Source of the DNA: a bacterium
Lineage (GTDB): Bacteria; RBG-13-61-14; DATKZS01
Direction of reading: 5' to 3'
NCBI GenBank assembly: GCA_046484135.1
Contig: JAWOBU010000082.1
Span: 1 to 22,301, forward strand
DNA: 22,301 nt
The position numbers were made by a program, and so were the translations under genes. Under the pieces are notes generated by a model. It was not told where the DNA came from, made no database searches, and was given only the letters and a program-made list of their open reading frames with translations. Of the stretch, positions 9,364 to 19,500 are shown piece by piece (within the stretch, counting starts at the first letter, position 1; every line of letters starts with the position of its first letter).

Positions 9364-11147
9364 TGAAAAAGCTCACGGTTCTTTTGCTTTTTCTTCTGCT
9401 TTCCGCTCCGGTGCGCGCCGGCGCCGGCGAGTTCACCGCCGAGGTGAACAAGAAAGAGCTTCACGAAGGCCAGTACTTAAAACTGAGCCTGACGTTGAAA
9501 GGCGAAGATGTCTCCTATGAGCTTCCTTTCCCGCGTCCCAATCTATTGCCGCACCTGGACTTCCAGCGGAGCATGGGCCCTTCCACCAGCCGGAAAATCA
9601 GCATCGTAAACGGCAAGCTTTCCCGCTGGACCATGGTCAAGATGGTCCACGTGTTCGTGGCCCGGAAAACGGGCACGGTAACCATACCCGCGCTCGAGTA
9701 CACCGCCGACGGCAAAACTTATAAGACCGATCCTGTCGAGGTCCGCGTCATGACAATGCCGGCGCCGCCCGGCGCCAAGGGCGACAAAAAATGGGAACCT
9801 CCTGCAGACCCTTACCTCGAGACCAGGGTGGACCGGGAAGAGGTTTACGTGAACCAGAGGGTAACCGCTTCCTGGTACATCTATTTCCAGCGGCCGGTGG
9901 TGGATTGGAGGCCCCGCCAGACACCTGCGGTGGGCAACTTTCTTTCCGAGGAGCTTCACACGGCAAACAAGCTTGATCCCGTAACCAGAAAGATCGGGGG
10001 AGATCCCTGGAACATAGCCTTCCTGCATAGCCTGGTCCTCTACCCTATCGAGGAAGGGGAGTTGACCATAGACCCCTTGAGCATTATCTACCAGGTGCCC
10101 GGCCAAGGCAGGAACTTCATGGGCGGAAGAGTAATGCAGAAAGGATCGGCAAGCTCGCAACCGGCGACGGTAAAGGTAAAGCCCCTGCCTCAAAAAGGCC
10201 GTCCCGCCGGCTTTGACGAAGCGGTGGGCGAGTTTCAAATCGAGCTTTACCCCACCAAAGATACCCTGCGGGCGGACACACCCTTCGAGTTCACGGTTAC
10301 GATAAAGGGCACCGGCCATCCGGACTTCATCTCCGCTCCGAAAATGGAGGTCCCGGAAAACTTCGACCTTCACCACGACGTTTCGGACAAAAAAATCAAA
10401 CAAGAGAAGGAAGGACCGCTTACCGTGTGCAGGTTCAAGATGTACCTGGTTCCTCATGAAAAAGGAGAATACACCTTGGGCCCCTTCCGGTTCTCATACT
10501 TTGATCCGCAAAAAGAGACCTTTCGGACAGCCGAAACCGAAAAGATACGGCTTACCGTCTTGAGCGGGAAAGAGCCCGCACCGGAACCGACCTCCTCCCG
10601 CAAGGAGCCGGAGATCGTGTCCCCCCGGGACAAAGACCTGCGCTATATAAAGACAGGCGCCGTCATGGACGACAAGAGCCCCTGGCTTTTGAGCTCTCCC
10701 GCGGCCGCGGGTCTGCAAGCAATTCCTCTGCTCATGGTGCTGGGAGCGTTCCTGGCACGCCGAAGAAGAGACCGGCTGGTTCAGGACGCAGGCTATGCCA
10801 GAAAGCGGAAAGCGGGAAAGCGCTGCCGGAAAGCACTGCAACAGGCCCGAGAGGCGGAGCGCAACGGCGACCTTGCCATGCTCTACTCCCACGTTTACCG
10901 CGCCCTTACCGGCTATATCGGGGACCGCTTTAACTGTCCCGATTACGGCATGACCTCGGCGGAAGCAGAGCAGACGCTCCGGTCGGCCGGCGTTTCGGAA
11001 GACACCTTGAACATGACACTGGAAATCCTAGATGAATGCGACCGGGCCAGGTTCGCGGCCGGGAGCCTGCAACCGGAAGAGGCGTCGCTGCTTTTTAAGC
11101 GTCTCAAAGAAGCCATGGCGCGGATTTCCCGGGAGGCCCGGCAATGA
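9363..11147 (+). CDS. batD: BatD protein
   Basis: ATG overlaps the batC stop (TGATG). Signal peptide, three beta domains (ISIVNG, VDREEVYVNQ, VKPLP..GRPAGFDEAVGEF, FSYFDP), a TM helix and a helical C-domain with CDRARFA. Confidence 0.9.
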   Translation: MKKLTVLLLFLLLSAPVRAGAGEFTAEVNKKELHEGQYLKLSLTLKGEDVSYELPFPRPNLLPHLDFQRSMGPSTSRKISIVNGKLSRWTMVKMVHVFVARKTGTVTIPALEYTADGKTYKTDPVEVRVMTMPAPPGAKGDKKWEPPADPYLETRVDREEVYVNQRVTASWYIYFQRPVVDWRPRQTPAVGNFLSEELHTANKLDPVTRKIGGDPWNIAFLHSLVLYPIEEGELTIDPLSIIYQVPGQGRNFMGGRVMQKGSASSQPATVKVKPLPQKGRPAGFDEAVGEFQIELYPTKDTLRADTPFEFTVTIKGTGHPDFISAPKMEVPENFDLHHDVSDKKIKQEKEGPLTVCRFKMYLVPHEKGEYTLGPFRFSYFDPQKETFRTAETEKIRLTVLSGKEPAPEPTSSRKEPEIVSPRDKDLRYIKTGAVMDDKSPWLLSSPAAAGLQAIPLLMVLGAFLARRRRDRLVQDAGYARKRKAGKRCRKALQQAREAERNGDLAMLYSHVYRALTGYIGDRFNCPDYGMTSAEAEQTLRSAGVSEDTLNMTLEILDECDRARFAAGSLQPEEASLLFKRLKEAMARISREARQ

Positions 11148-11911
11148 GGAGGGCCTTATTGGTCTATGTCCTCTTATTGATTGTCTGCCTGCCGGCGGGC
11201 GCGGCAAGAGCGGAATCGGCGACCTCGCTTTTTGAAAAAGCCAACCAGCTCTACCGGGACGGTAAGTACGAAGAGGCCATCGAGGCTTACCAGGACGCAC
11301 GCGAAGCAGGCGGACGCCATCCGGACCTGTTTTACAACCTGGGGAACGCTTACCTCCGGCAAGGCGATTTGGGGCGGGCCATAGCAAACTATCTGCGCGC
11401 ACAAAGGCTTGACCCCCGCGACCCGGACATCAGGTTCAACCTCGAGTACGCCCGGGACAACATCGAGGCCCGCCTGAAAGAAATAGAAAAAGGGCCCTTC
11501 ACCAGGGCCTTTAACGCTGTTGTCTCCATCATGTCAGCGAACGAGTGGTCCGCCTTGCTGATCGCCTGCTACTGGTTGATCGCCGCGGCAGCGGCGGTGT
11601 GGCTTGTGGCGACCGGTCCGGCCGTCCGACAGGCGGCCATGATATCCTTTTTTTGTTTTCTCATCGTCTTTATCCTGCTCATGCCTTTGGGGGCCATGCG
11701 CGTAAAAAGGGATTTTTATACTCCGCGGGCGGTTGTGGTGTCGGACAAGGTGACAGGCCGGTCCGGCCCGGCCGGCGACAACGCCGAGATCATTGACCTG
11801 TACGAAGGTATGGACGTGGAGCTCGGCAGTTGCCGGCAGGAATGGTGCCGGGTGCGAGGCGGCGGAGGTTTCGTGGTCTGGGTTCCCGCAGATGCGCTCC
11901 TTCGGCTATAG
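11144..11911 (+). CDS. batE: BatE TPR + SH3-like protein
   Basis: FEKANQLY, YNLGNAYLRQGDLGRAIANYLRAQRLDPRDPDIRFNL, two TM helices, SH3b-like end (RSGP...LYEG...WCRV...WVP). Confidence 0.9.
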   Translation: MRRALLVYVLLLIVCLPAGAARAESATSLFEKANQLYRDGKYEEAIEAYQDAREAGGRHPDLFYNLGNAYLRQGDLGRAIANYLRAQRLDPRDPDIRFNLEYARDNIEARLKEIEKGPFTRAFNAVVSIMSANEWSALLIACYWLIAAAAAVWLVATGPAVRQAAMISFFCFLIVFILLMPLGAMRVKRDFYTPRAVVVSDKVTGRSGPAGDNAEIIDLYEGMDVELGSCRQEWCRVRGGGGFVVWVPADALLRL

Positions 11912-11916
11912 TATGA

Positions 11917-12597
11917 TCAGAGCCGGCGGTGAAAGAACTCCTTCCCTGCCGCTCTCATGATGACTCCCACCCAGATCATGGGCTCCATGGAGATGAGCAT
12001 CTGGGAGGCATGGGCTTTTAAGGCCAGCATCTTTATCCGGTAGACCTCTCTTATGTCCACGCCATGGGTTACAGGCAAAAGCTTTTGACGGAGGAACACC
12101 CTTCCCATCCAGGCCGGGCCGCTCACCATGAATAGCCGCGGCACGCCCGATTCCTTTACCGCGCGCTCGGTTACTTTCGAGCAGGTATTGTGGTCCGGGT
12201 GGCCGGTGATTCCGTCCGGTCCGTAAGTGATGACAACCTGCGCCCCTTCCTCCCTTATGATGCCGCTGATCCTTTCCACCAACATGTCCTCCGACACCAG
12301 GGGAAGACCCTGGTCCTCGTAGTCCCAGAGGACCGCCCTGTCCACGCCCAGGATCGAGGTCGAAGCCATGTACTCGTTTTCGCGCACCACCGGCTCTCGT
12401 TCCGCCGGCAGACCTACCTTGGGCAGGGCCCCGCTTTTGCCTCCCTTGGAAAGACACAGGGACACGCACCTTACTTCCGGGTCCCGCGCGTACAAGGCGA
12501 GACAGCCGCCTGCGGCAAAGCTCTCGTCGTCGGGATGGGGAAACACGGTAAGCAAGGTGCAGGGTTTTTCCAGACCCTGCAAAAGATCAGCTTCCAT
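11917..12597 (-). CDS. PIG-L/LmbE-family deacetylase
   Basis: Metal motifs HPDDE and GHPDH, plus VITY and ALKAHASQ. The start is placed at ATG 12597 after GAGGAG; 12621 is an alternative. Confidence 0.9.
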   Translation of the reverse strand: MEADLLQGLEKPCTLLTVFPHPDDESFAAGGCLALYARDPEVRCVSLCLSKGGKSGALPKVGLPAEREPVVRENEYMASTSILGVDRAVLWDYEDQGLPLVSEDMLVERISGIIREEGAQVVITYGPDGITGHPDHNTCSKVTERAVKESGVPRLFMVSGPAWMGRVFLRQKLLPVTHGVDIREVYRIKMLALKAHASQMLISMEPMIWVGVIMRAAGKEFFHRRL

Positions 12598-13918
12598 TAC
12601 TTTGCTCCTCCGCTTTCTCATTCCGGCGGTCGGTGGTCTTGGAAGAAAGTGCTTCGCCTTGCAAAGTTCCCGACTCGTCCGGCTGGTCTATGCCTGACTC
12701 GTCCAGCCCTTTTCTAACCTGCTTTACGAGCTTCCGGTGGGAAGACAGGATTACCAGGCAGGCGCCGGTGGGACAGAAGAACCGGCACCAGAACCTTTTT
12801 ACGAACACGCTCGTAAAAAGCACGGCGACAATAAAGACCCAGGCCAGGACCATGTCAGTTCTCCCGAACAGGTGCCCGCGCGGCTCGACCATGGCAAAGG
12901 CCTCCTCCCCCAGCCCGAACGCGCCGAGCACGCAGATAAAAAGGACCGCGTACCTTATCTCCCGCGCATAAAGCATCACTGCCGGCGAGACCTTCCATCT
13001 CTTCAAGGGAATACGCGAGAGCAACTCCTGCAAGGCTCCAAAGGGGCAGGCGTACGAGCACCACACCGGTCCGAAGAGAACCGTGGCGATGAACACGTAG
13101 GCGGCGAGCAGGAGCACCAGCGCACTTCCGGGCCCGGGCACTGAAAGCTCGAGAAGTTGAAACAGGTGGACCAGGGTAAACGGCGTCATGGCATAAACGC
13201 CGATGATAAGGATGGACAGTATCCAGGCGGTCTCTTTTCTTCCCTTCTCCGGCCATTTGCCGAGACGAGCGTACAGGCTTATTGCCAATGCAAAAAACAC
13301 GGCAATGAAGGCGGGAGAGGCCATGGCGTCAGCCCATCCGGGCACATCCGCGGTCTCGACCGGCACCTGGAAAACCCGGGCCGCAGCCAGCCGGGAAGCC
13401 TGGAGCACGTCCTCCTTGATGGCGTCCGCGGTAATGCTCGCGCCGGTTACCGTGTCAATTTCCTGCAAGTCCTCTTTGACGTTCCTGCCAACAAACTTTT
13501 CCAGGAAATCACGCCGGAGAATCTTCCGCATGTAAGGCGGGGTCTCGCGATGGGCGAGGATGCGCACGGTTCTTATGGTTCCGGTCTTGTCCACCACCAC
13601 CATGGTGTTGATCTCGTCCACGTAGCCCTTGACCTCGGGTGGAAGCTCGGCAGTGGCAACACAAGCCGCACTCGTGGGACCGTCTCCGGAAGTGAGTCGC
13701 AGCACGGTATGGTCTATGGGGTCATCCAGTTGGTACTTATGGATGGAGCCGTTAATGGCTTTTTTTATCTCCTCTTTGGCGGGATGTCTTTTTATCCTGA
13801 CCTCGGGCGCCGCCAGGTTATGCTGGACTATAAGCGCAATGCCCGCGATAAAAAGGAGCCAGTGCCAGAGGGCGAAAAAAAGCTTGCCACGCCGGCGGCC
13901 GGTCTTTTTCTCTTCCAT
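12587..13918 (-). CDS. NosR/NirI/RdhC(PceC)-like FMN-binding membrane redox protein
   Basis: Extracytoplasmic FMN_bind domain (KGY...I...HRETP...DTVTGAS), several TM helices and two CxxxCP motifs (WCSYACPFGA, WCRFFCPTGA). Confidence 0.85.
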   Translation of the reverse strand: MEEKKTGRRRGKLFFALWHWLLFIAGIALIVQHNLAAPEVRIKRHPAKEEIKKAINGSIHKYQLDDPIDHTVLRLTSGDGPTSAACVATAELPPEVKGYVDEINTMVVVDKTGTIRTVRILAHRETPPYMRKILRRDFLEKFVGRNVKEDLQEIDTVTGASITADAIKEDVLQASRLAAARVFQVPVETADVPGWADAMASPAFIAVFFALAISLYARLGKWPEKGRKETAWILSILIIGVYAMTPFTLVHLFQLLELSVPGPGSALVLLLAAYVFIATVLFGPVWCSYACPFGALQELLSRIPLKRWKVSPAVMLYAREIRYAVLFICVLGAFGLGEEAFAMVEPRGHLFGRTDMVLAWVFIVAVLFTSVFVKRFWCRFFCPTGACLVILSSHRKLVKQVRKGLDESGIDQPDESGTLQGEALSSKTTDRRNEKAEEQSNGS

Positions 13919-14068
13919 GCTTACCTTATTTTCAAGGCAATCCTGCTTTATGACAAGTGCACGCAGTAAAGAGAGTGCTTTCGCGAGCCGCTGTTTTCAC
14001 CGCGCTTTTATTTTCGAAGGGTTTTGGTTATCATACCCGGAGACACTCGACCTCGGAGGAGGAGTATT

Positions 14069-14557
14069 TTGGCGGATGCAGGACATATACGCCGCGCCGA
14101 CTTTCAGGACGTGCCGGTCATCTACGACATCATCAAGGAGAACCAGGACGAGGTTCTTCCCCGCTCCATTCCCGACATCCTTGCCATGTTCGACCGGTTC
14201 TACCTTTATGACGACGGCGAGGTCAGGGGAGTCATATCCTGGCAGGTTCTCCCGGTCATGGACCTTAAAGACCCGGAGTTCTGCCTGGAGGTCATAAGCT
14301 TTTCCGTCCGTCCTTCTGACCAGGGCAAAGGCATAGGCACGGTGCTGTTAAACCACGTGCTCGGCATACTCAAAGAGTTCGGTCCTGACCGGATCGTCGT
14401 ACTCACCTTCCACTCCGGATTTTTCGAAAAGTTCGGTTTCAAGAAAACCAGCAAAGAGTACCTCTATCCCAAAATATATCTCGGGTGCATCAATTGCACC
14501 AAGTACAAGTCCCCACTCACCTGCCCGGAAGTCGCAATGGAAATAAAAACCGGCTGA
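14069..14557 (+). CDS. GNAT N-acetyltransferase resembling short ArgA-type amino-acid acetyltransferases
   Basis: TTG start after GGAGGAGGAG. LPRS, acetyl-CoA motif QGKGIG, LTF..FFEKFGF, and C-terminal KI..CxxC..CxE(V)AM. Confidence 0.85.
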   Translation: MADAGHIRRADFQDVPVIYDIIKENQDEVLPRSIPDILAMFDRFYLYDDGEVRGVISWQVLPVMDLKDPEFCLEVISFSVRPSDQGKGIGTVLLNHVLGILKEFGPDRIVVLTFHSGFFEKFGFKKTSKEYLYPKIYLGCINCTKYKSPLTCPEVAMEIKTG

Positions 14558-14647
14558 CACAACACTCTTTGGCTTGCCAGCCTTTTCAACCTCGCCCGAG
14601 CTTGTCTTTCCTTCATTCATGATTAGCCTTATATTGAGGTGGCAGGA

Positions 14648-15079
14648 ATGTCTGAGCAGGAGAAAACAGAGAAAAGCGGAAGAATAAAACAGCTTCTTCA
14701 GGACATAGGCATGACCGAAGAGGAGATTCAAAGTCTTTGCGAGAAGGACCGGCGGGAGCAGACCGAGTATCTGATTTCCCGCTATCACGAAGGTCTTGCC
14801 GGAAAGCCCCTGGCAGCTCTTTTGAAGGCTTTAAAGCTTTACGGCGAGCCGGAGCTCTTTGCGGACTTTTTATATGAGGTTATAAACGGTCCGCCGGTGG
14901 CGGCCCAGCTTCTGGTTCTTCATATCGCGAACCAGCCGGAGTGGAGGAAGTTCGAAAAGGTGGACACTGCTTTAAAGCTTTACCAGGCGGACTTCGAGGG
15001 CCTTCCCGAAGCTTTCTCCTATTACCAGGACCGGTTTTTAAAGGGATGCGAAAAAAGGTCGTGCCTGCATCGCGTTTAG
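14648..15079 (+). CDS. Hypothetical helical protein, about 143 aa
   Basis: The ORF fills the gap between neighbouring genes, has GAGGT/AGGA upstream of the ATG and a normal protein-like composition. No family recognised. Confidence 0.65.
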   Translation: MSEQEKTEKSGRIKQLLQDIGMTEEEIQSLCEKDRREQTEYLISRYHEGLAGKPLAALLKALKLYGEPELFADFLYEVINGPPVAAQLLVLHIANQPEWRKFEKVDTALKLYQADFEGLPEAFSYYQDRFLKGCEKRSCLHRV

Positions 15080-15085
15080 CGTTCC

Positions 15086-16516
15086 TTACTGTCGGGGAGT
15101 TGAGGTGGAGCCGGAGTTTTTCTTTCTGGGTATGCCCCATTTCCGGCGCTTCTGCCACAGGGTCTTAGGGGTTATTCCCAGGGTGGCGGCCAGTTCTTTT
15201 TCCGTGTACTCGGACTCGAACATGCGGATGAACTCGCGGGTGTAATCATCGAGAGAGAGCTTCAGCTCCATGGCGTTTTCCAAAAAGCGCCTTTTCCTTT
15301 CATGGCTTCTTCTTTCCAGGAACATGGGCAGGTCTCTCTCTTCAACCACTTTCTTCCGGTTATGGAGGGCCATGATCTGGAGCATGGTATGTTCCAGCTC
15401 GCGGACGTTTCCGGGCCAGTCATAGTTTTTAAACATGGCCATGGCCGCCTTGGTGATCCCCTGGATGGTATGGTCATAGTCCTGCCGGTACTTGTTAAGG
15501 AAGAACTCGACGAACAGCTCTATATCCTCGGTCCTTTCCCGAAGGGGAGGCATCTGGATGTTCACCACCTTGAGCCGGTAGTACAGGTCCTGGCGGAACC
15601 TTCCCAGCCGGACCTCGCGATCCAGGTCCTTGTTGGTCGCCGCGACGATCCTCATGTTCAGCTTGCTGGTTTTGTCCGACCCGATCCTTCTTATTTCCCC
15701 GTTCTGCAGGACCCGGAGGAGCTTGACCTGGAGATCAAGGGGGAACTCTCCTACTTCGTCGAAAAACACCGTGCCCTGGTGAGCCTGTTCGAGAAGACCT
15801 CTCTTGTCATTGTCGGCCCCGGTAAAGGAACCGGCGACGTAACCAAAAAGCTCGCTTTCCACCAGCCCGGCCGGAATGGTTCCGCAATCCACGATTACAA
15901 ACTGCTGGTCCTTTCGTTTGCTGAGCTTGTGAAGGGACCGGGCAGCCACTTCCTTGCCGGTGCCGGACTCGCCCGTGATCAGGACGGTGCTGTTGGTGGG
16001 GGCCACCTGTTCGATCAGGTTCTTCACCGGTTTGATGGAAGCGGACTTGCCGATGATATCTACCACATTGGAGACTTCGCCCGCCTCTGCAATCTCGATC
16101 CGGTCCTGGGCTATCTTCTCTAATATTTCGGTTACGTCCTTTTTGAGGTCCTCCGGCGGAAAAGGCTTTTCCATGAAATCAAAAGCGCCGGCCTTGATGT
16201 GGTCCACCACTTCCTTGGCGCCGGCGGGATCCGAGGTTACGATTACGCGGGTGCTGAGCTTATGAAGGTTTAGCCGGTGCAGAAGCTCCATGGCGGGCAA
16301 CTCTGCCGTATGAGCGGCCGCCAGGGTTACGGTGATATCTCCGCCCAGGATTCTGCTCCAGGCTTCTTCCGCCCGGTCGGTCTCCAGGACTTCCACGTCC
16401 GGGAAGTCTGTCTCCAGGGCCTTTCGCATCTGGTCCCTGAAGGCCGGGTCTACGTCATAGATAAGGACCTTGTCCTTTATCGCCTTGGTCTGCTTCCGGT
16501 AAGCCTCTTGTGCCAT
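15086..16516 (-). CDS. Sigma54-dependent enhancer-binding protein (NtrC family) with an atypical receiver domain
   Basis: REC-like N-terminus, GESGTGKE, ESELFG..GSFTGA, FFDEVGE, FRQDLYYRL, WPGNVREL and a C-terminal HTH. Confidence 0.95.
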   Translation of the reverse strand: MAQEAYRKQTKAIKDKVLIYDVDPAFRDQMRKALETDFPDVEVLETDRAEEAWSRILGGDITVTLAAAHTAELPAMELLHRLNLHKLSTRVIVTSDPAGAKEVVDHIKAGAFDFMEKPFPPEDLKKDVTEILEKIAQDRIEIAEAGEVSNVVDIIGKSASIKPVKNLIEQVAPTNSTVLITGESGTGKEVAARSLHKLSKRKDQQFVIVDCGTIPAGLVESELFGYVAGSFTGADNDKRGLLEQAHQGTVFFDEVGEFPLDLQVKLLRVLQNGEIRRIGSDKTSKLNMRIVAATNKDLDREVRLGRFRQDLYYRLKVVNIQMPPLRERTEDIELFVEFFLNKYRQDYDHTIQGITKAAMAMFKNYDWPGNVRELEHTMLQIMALHNRKKVVEERDLPMFLERRSHERKRRFLENAMELKLSLDDYTREFIRMFESEYTEKELAATLGITPKTLWQKRRKWGIPRKKNSGSTSTPRQ

Positions 16517-16524
16517 ATCTTCCT

Positions 16525-16553
16525 ATACTAATTCCAGAGCTGATCTCACGCAA
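16525..16553 (-). promoter_or_regulatory. Putative sigma70 promoter directly upstream of the activator ATG
   Basis: The minus strand reads TTGCGT-N17-TAGTAT, and the -10 box ends 8 nt before the ATG. Confidence 0.4.
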
Positions 16554-16599
16554 AAAGCTACAAATTCTTTCGCGGCCCGGCAATCCCTGGCCTGGCCCC

Positions 16600-19500
16600 C
16601 TACTCAGCCGTGATCTCGACGGAGGGACTGAGGACAATCTCCGGGCAGTAGCGGCCTTCGTAAGCGGTCGTGCCGGATTGACACTCGGGGATGAAGGACT
16701 CCATGTAAATCGTGCCTGCACTGTCAATGCGCAAGGTAATGCGCGCGGGCGCATTCTCCGCTACCGGACCGGAAAAGTCGTATCGCTCGCCCGAGTACTC
16801 GCCGTCGCCTCCCCACAGGGTCGCAGTGCCGGTGGATGAAGAGCCCACCAGGAAGACGACTGCAAAACCGGCGGTGTACTTGTCGCTGTCCGGGTACTCG
16901 GAGAGGACGCCCAGCGTTACGTGGCAGGTGTCGCCCACCTGCACAGGCCCGGAAGGCTGGGACAGGACTACCAGCTCTTTTGCCCGGCTGTTTATGTTGT
17001 TGAGCTCGATCTCGGAGACCATGCTCTTCAAGATGGTGAGGTCGCCGGATGCGAGAACTCCGTCGCGGTCCAGGTCCTGAGTGTCCGCGTTGTCGGGTAT
17101 CACGTTCGAGTAGTCGGTGGGTGTCTCCGCAATCTTGGACTTCAGCACGGTCACGTCGCCCGAGGCGACGACAACGTCTCCATCCCCCTCGCCCCAGTAT
17201 GCGCATCCCACCTGCCCGCTGCCGTGATGGCCTTGGGGGTCTGCGCTCCAGAGGTCGGTCCCGTTCCAGTACTCGTGCACGTTCGGGTTTAAGTCGGAGT
17301 CGAAGTCAGTCGTGCCTCCGTCCGAAGAGTCCAACGGGTCCAATGATACTGAATCTCCGGAATGAAGGGCCTCGAACCCGTCCGGAATGCCGTCGTCGTC
17401 CGAGTCCCAGTCATTGGCGTAAGTGCTCCTCGTGCACTCCGCCATATTGGACAGCCCGTCGCCGTCTTTGTCCCCCGAAGCGTCGTCAGTAAGAGGATCG
17501 AGTCCGTTGTTCACTTCATACCCATCGTTCATTCCGTCCTCGTCCGTGTCCGAGTCGCAAGGATCAGTCTCGGAGGCGTCCACTACTCCGTCGCCGTTGG
17601 CGTCTTCGGTGCCGTCGGTCAGGCCGTCTCCGTCAGTGTCTGCCACGGTGGCGCTGGTGCAGGCGGTTGATCCCGTCTCCACGTTGTCCAGTACGCCGTC
17701 GCTGTCGGTGTCGTTGGTGTTGGGGTCTGTTCCGTAGGTATAGACCTCGGCGTAGTCGCCCAGGCCGTCCCCGTCCGTGTCTGTGCTGTTCGGGTCCGAT
17801 CCCGTATCAGTGGTGGAGACGTAAACCCCGGTGTTGGTCTCATAGGAGTCGAGCAGTCCGTCGCCGTCGCTGTCGGAACTGGTGACGTCATCGCTGGAGT
17901 CGGTGGGGTCTCGACCGGCTGCCACCTCATCTCCGTCCTCTTCGCCGCCGCCGTCAGTGTCTTTGTCTTTGGGGTCGGTTATGTATCCGTCGCTGCCTAC
18001 TGATTCTTCCTCCGTGTCGCTAATTCCGTCGCCGTCATCGTCGGTATCGGCGTTGTCGCCGGTGCCGTCGCCGTCGGTGTCCAGCCACTCGGTGCTGTCG
18101 CCGGGAAAAGCGTCCACGTCATCGGTATAGCCGTCGCCGTCGGTGTCGGGGTTATAAGCGTCAGACCCCTGGAGGCTCTCGGAAGAATCAGAGAGCCCGT
18201 CATCGTCATCGTCGGTATCTGTTGAATCCGGATATGAGTCGCCGTCGAAGTTCGCGCCGGACTGGAGAGCAAAGCTTACAGTAGTATTTTCGCCCGCGCT
18301 TACGGATACGTTAGCAGTCTTTTTGGTGTAGCCTTCTTTCGAGGCGGAGAGAGAATAGCCGCTTCCGGCAGGGACCGCCTGGAAATAGTGATGTCCGGCC
18401 GAGTCGGTCTTGGAGTAGAGTACCTCTCCACCTCCCAGATCAAGCCATACCGGCGCATCAGGGGCCTTGGCATAAGTGGGCGTGTAGATGCTTCCGGAGA
18501 CGTCCCCGGTCTGCTCGCCGCCGCCTCCGCCGCCGGGGTCGTAAAGACTGGGAATAAGCGGCTTGGCGCTGATGTTGATGGGCACGGTAGTGTTCCCTTC
18601 AAAACAGTCGGCGGTGATGACGCCCGGCGCAGTCTGGCGGGCCGGTCCGTTTACCAGGAGCTTGAAGAACCTGGTCATGTCAACCAACTGGCCGGCAGGG
18701 GTGTCGGTGTATCTTCCCACCACGGTAACGTTCATGGACTGGCAAGCCTTGAGGGTGAAGTTTTGAGGCAATACCTGAATAGAGTCGGGCTCGGCTTTCC
18801 TCTCCTTTACCTCCATGACCAGCGTGGGATCGGCGAACACGGGAAGTTCCAGGGTGGCGGGATTTATCTGATACGGCCAGTAGGCTGCGGATATCTCCAC
18901 CGAACTGCCGGGGATGTAGGAGGAGTAAGGAACTTTGTAGGTCCCCTGCCCGTCATTGGTGTCTATCACGGAAGAGAACCGGTCTACTGAAGGCTCGATG
19001 CCGGTAACCAGGATATCGTCCAGGTATACGCCGTCCGGGTCGGTGCCGTCATTCTCCGTGCTGTCCATGGAAGCCCGGAACCGGACCAGGAAATCATCCA
19101 CCAGGTTGAAGCGAGGATCATCGTAAAGTAAGACCTCGTGCTTGGTCCAGGAGCTCTCGTCAACTCCCTTAAAGTCCCATACCCTGGACCAGGACTCGCC
19201 CCCGTTGTCGCTGACCTCGACCACGAACTCCTGGGACCGCTTGCCGTTGCTCGCCGGGTCCGCCTGCGAACGCGTCCGGGAGTAGAAGCTCAAATCCACC
19301 TGGTCCATGTCCTCGAGGTCCAGCTTCATGGCCACTGCGTAGCTCTCCACCGAGTTGCCGGCCACTGACCTGCCCAGAAACAGGAACTTGTCCGAGCCGT
19401 TGTTCCCGACTCCAGGGCCGGTGGTGGACCCGATGGAAGAGTCCACCTCGATGCGGGGATCGGGGCCGGATTCGCCCACCTTGAAGTCATCGTTTGCAGG

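Noticed and set aside
17233..18252. Recurring GCCGTCGCCGTCGGTGTC-like DNA as a CRISPR or tandem array
   Set aside because: The spacing is irregular and the copies are degenerate. It is fully explained by DTDGDG codons.
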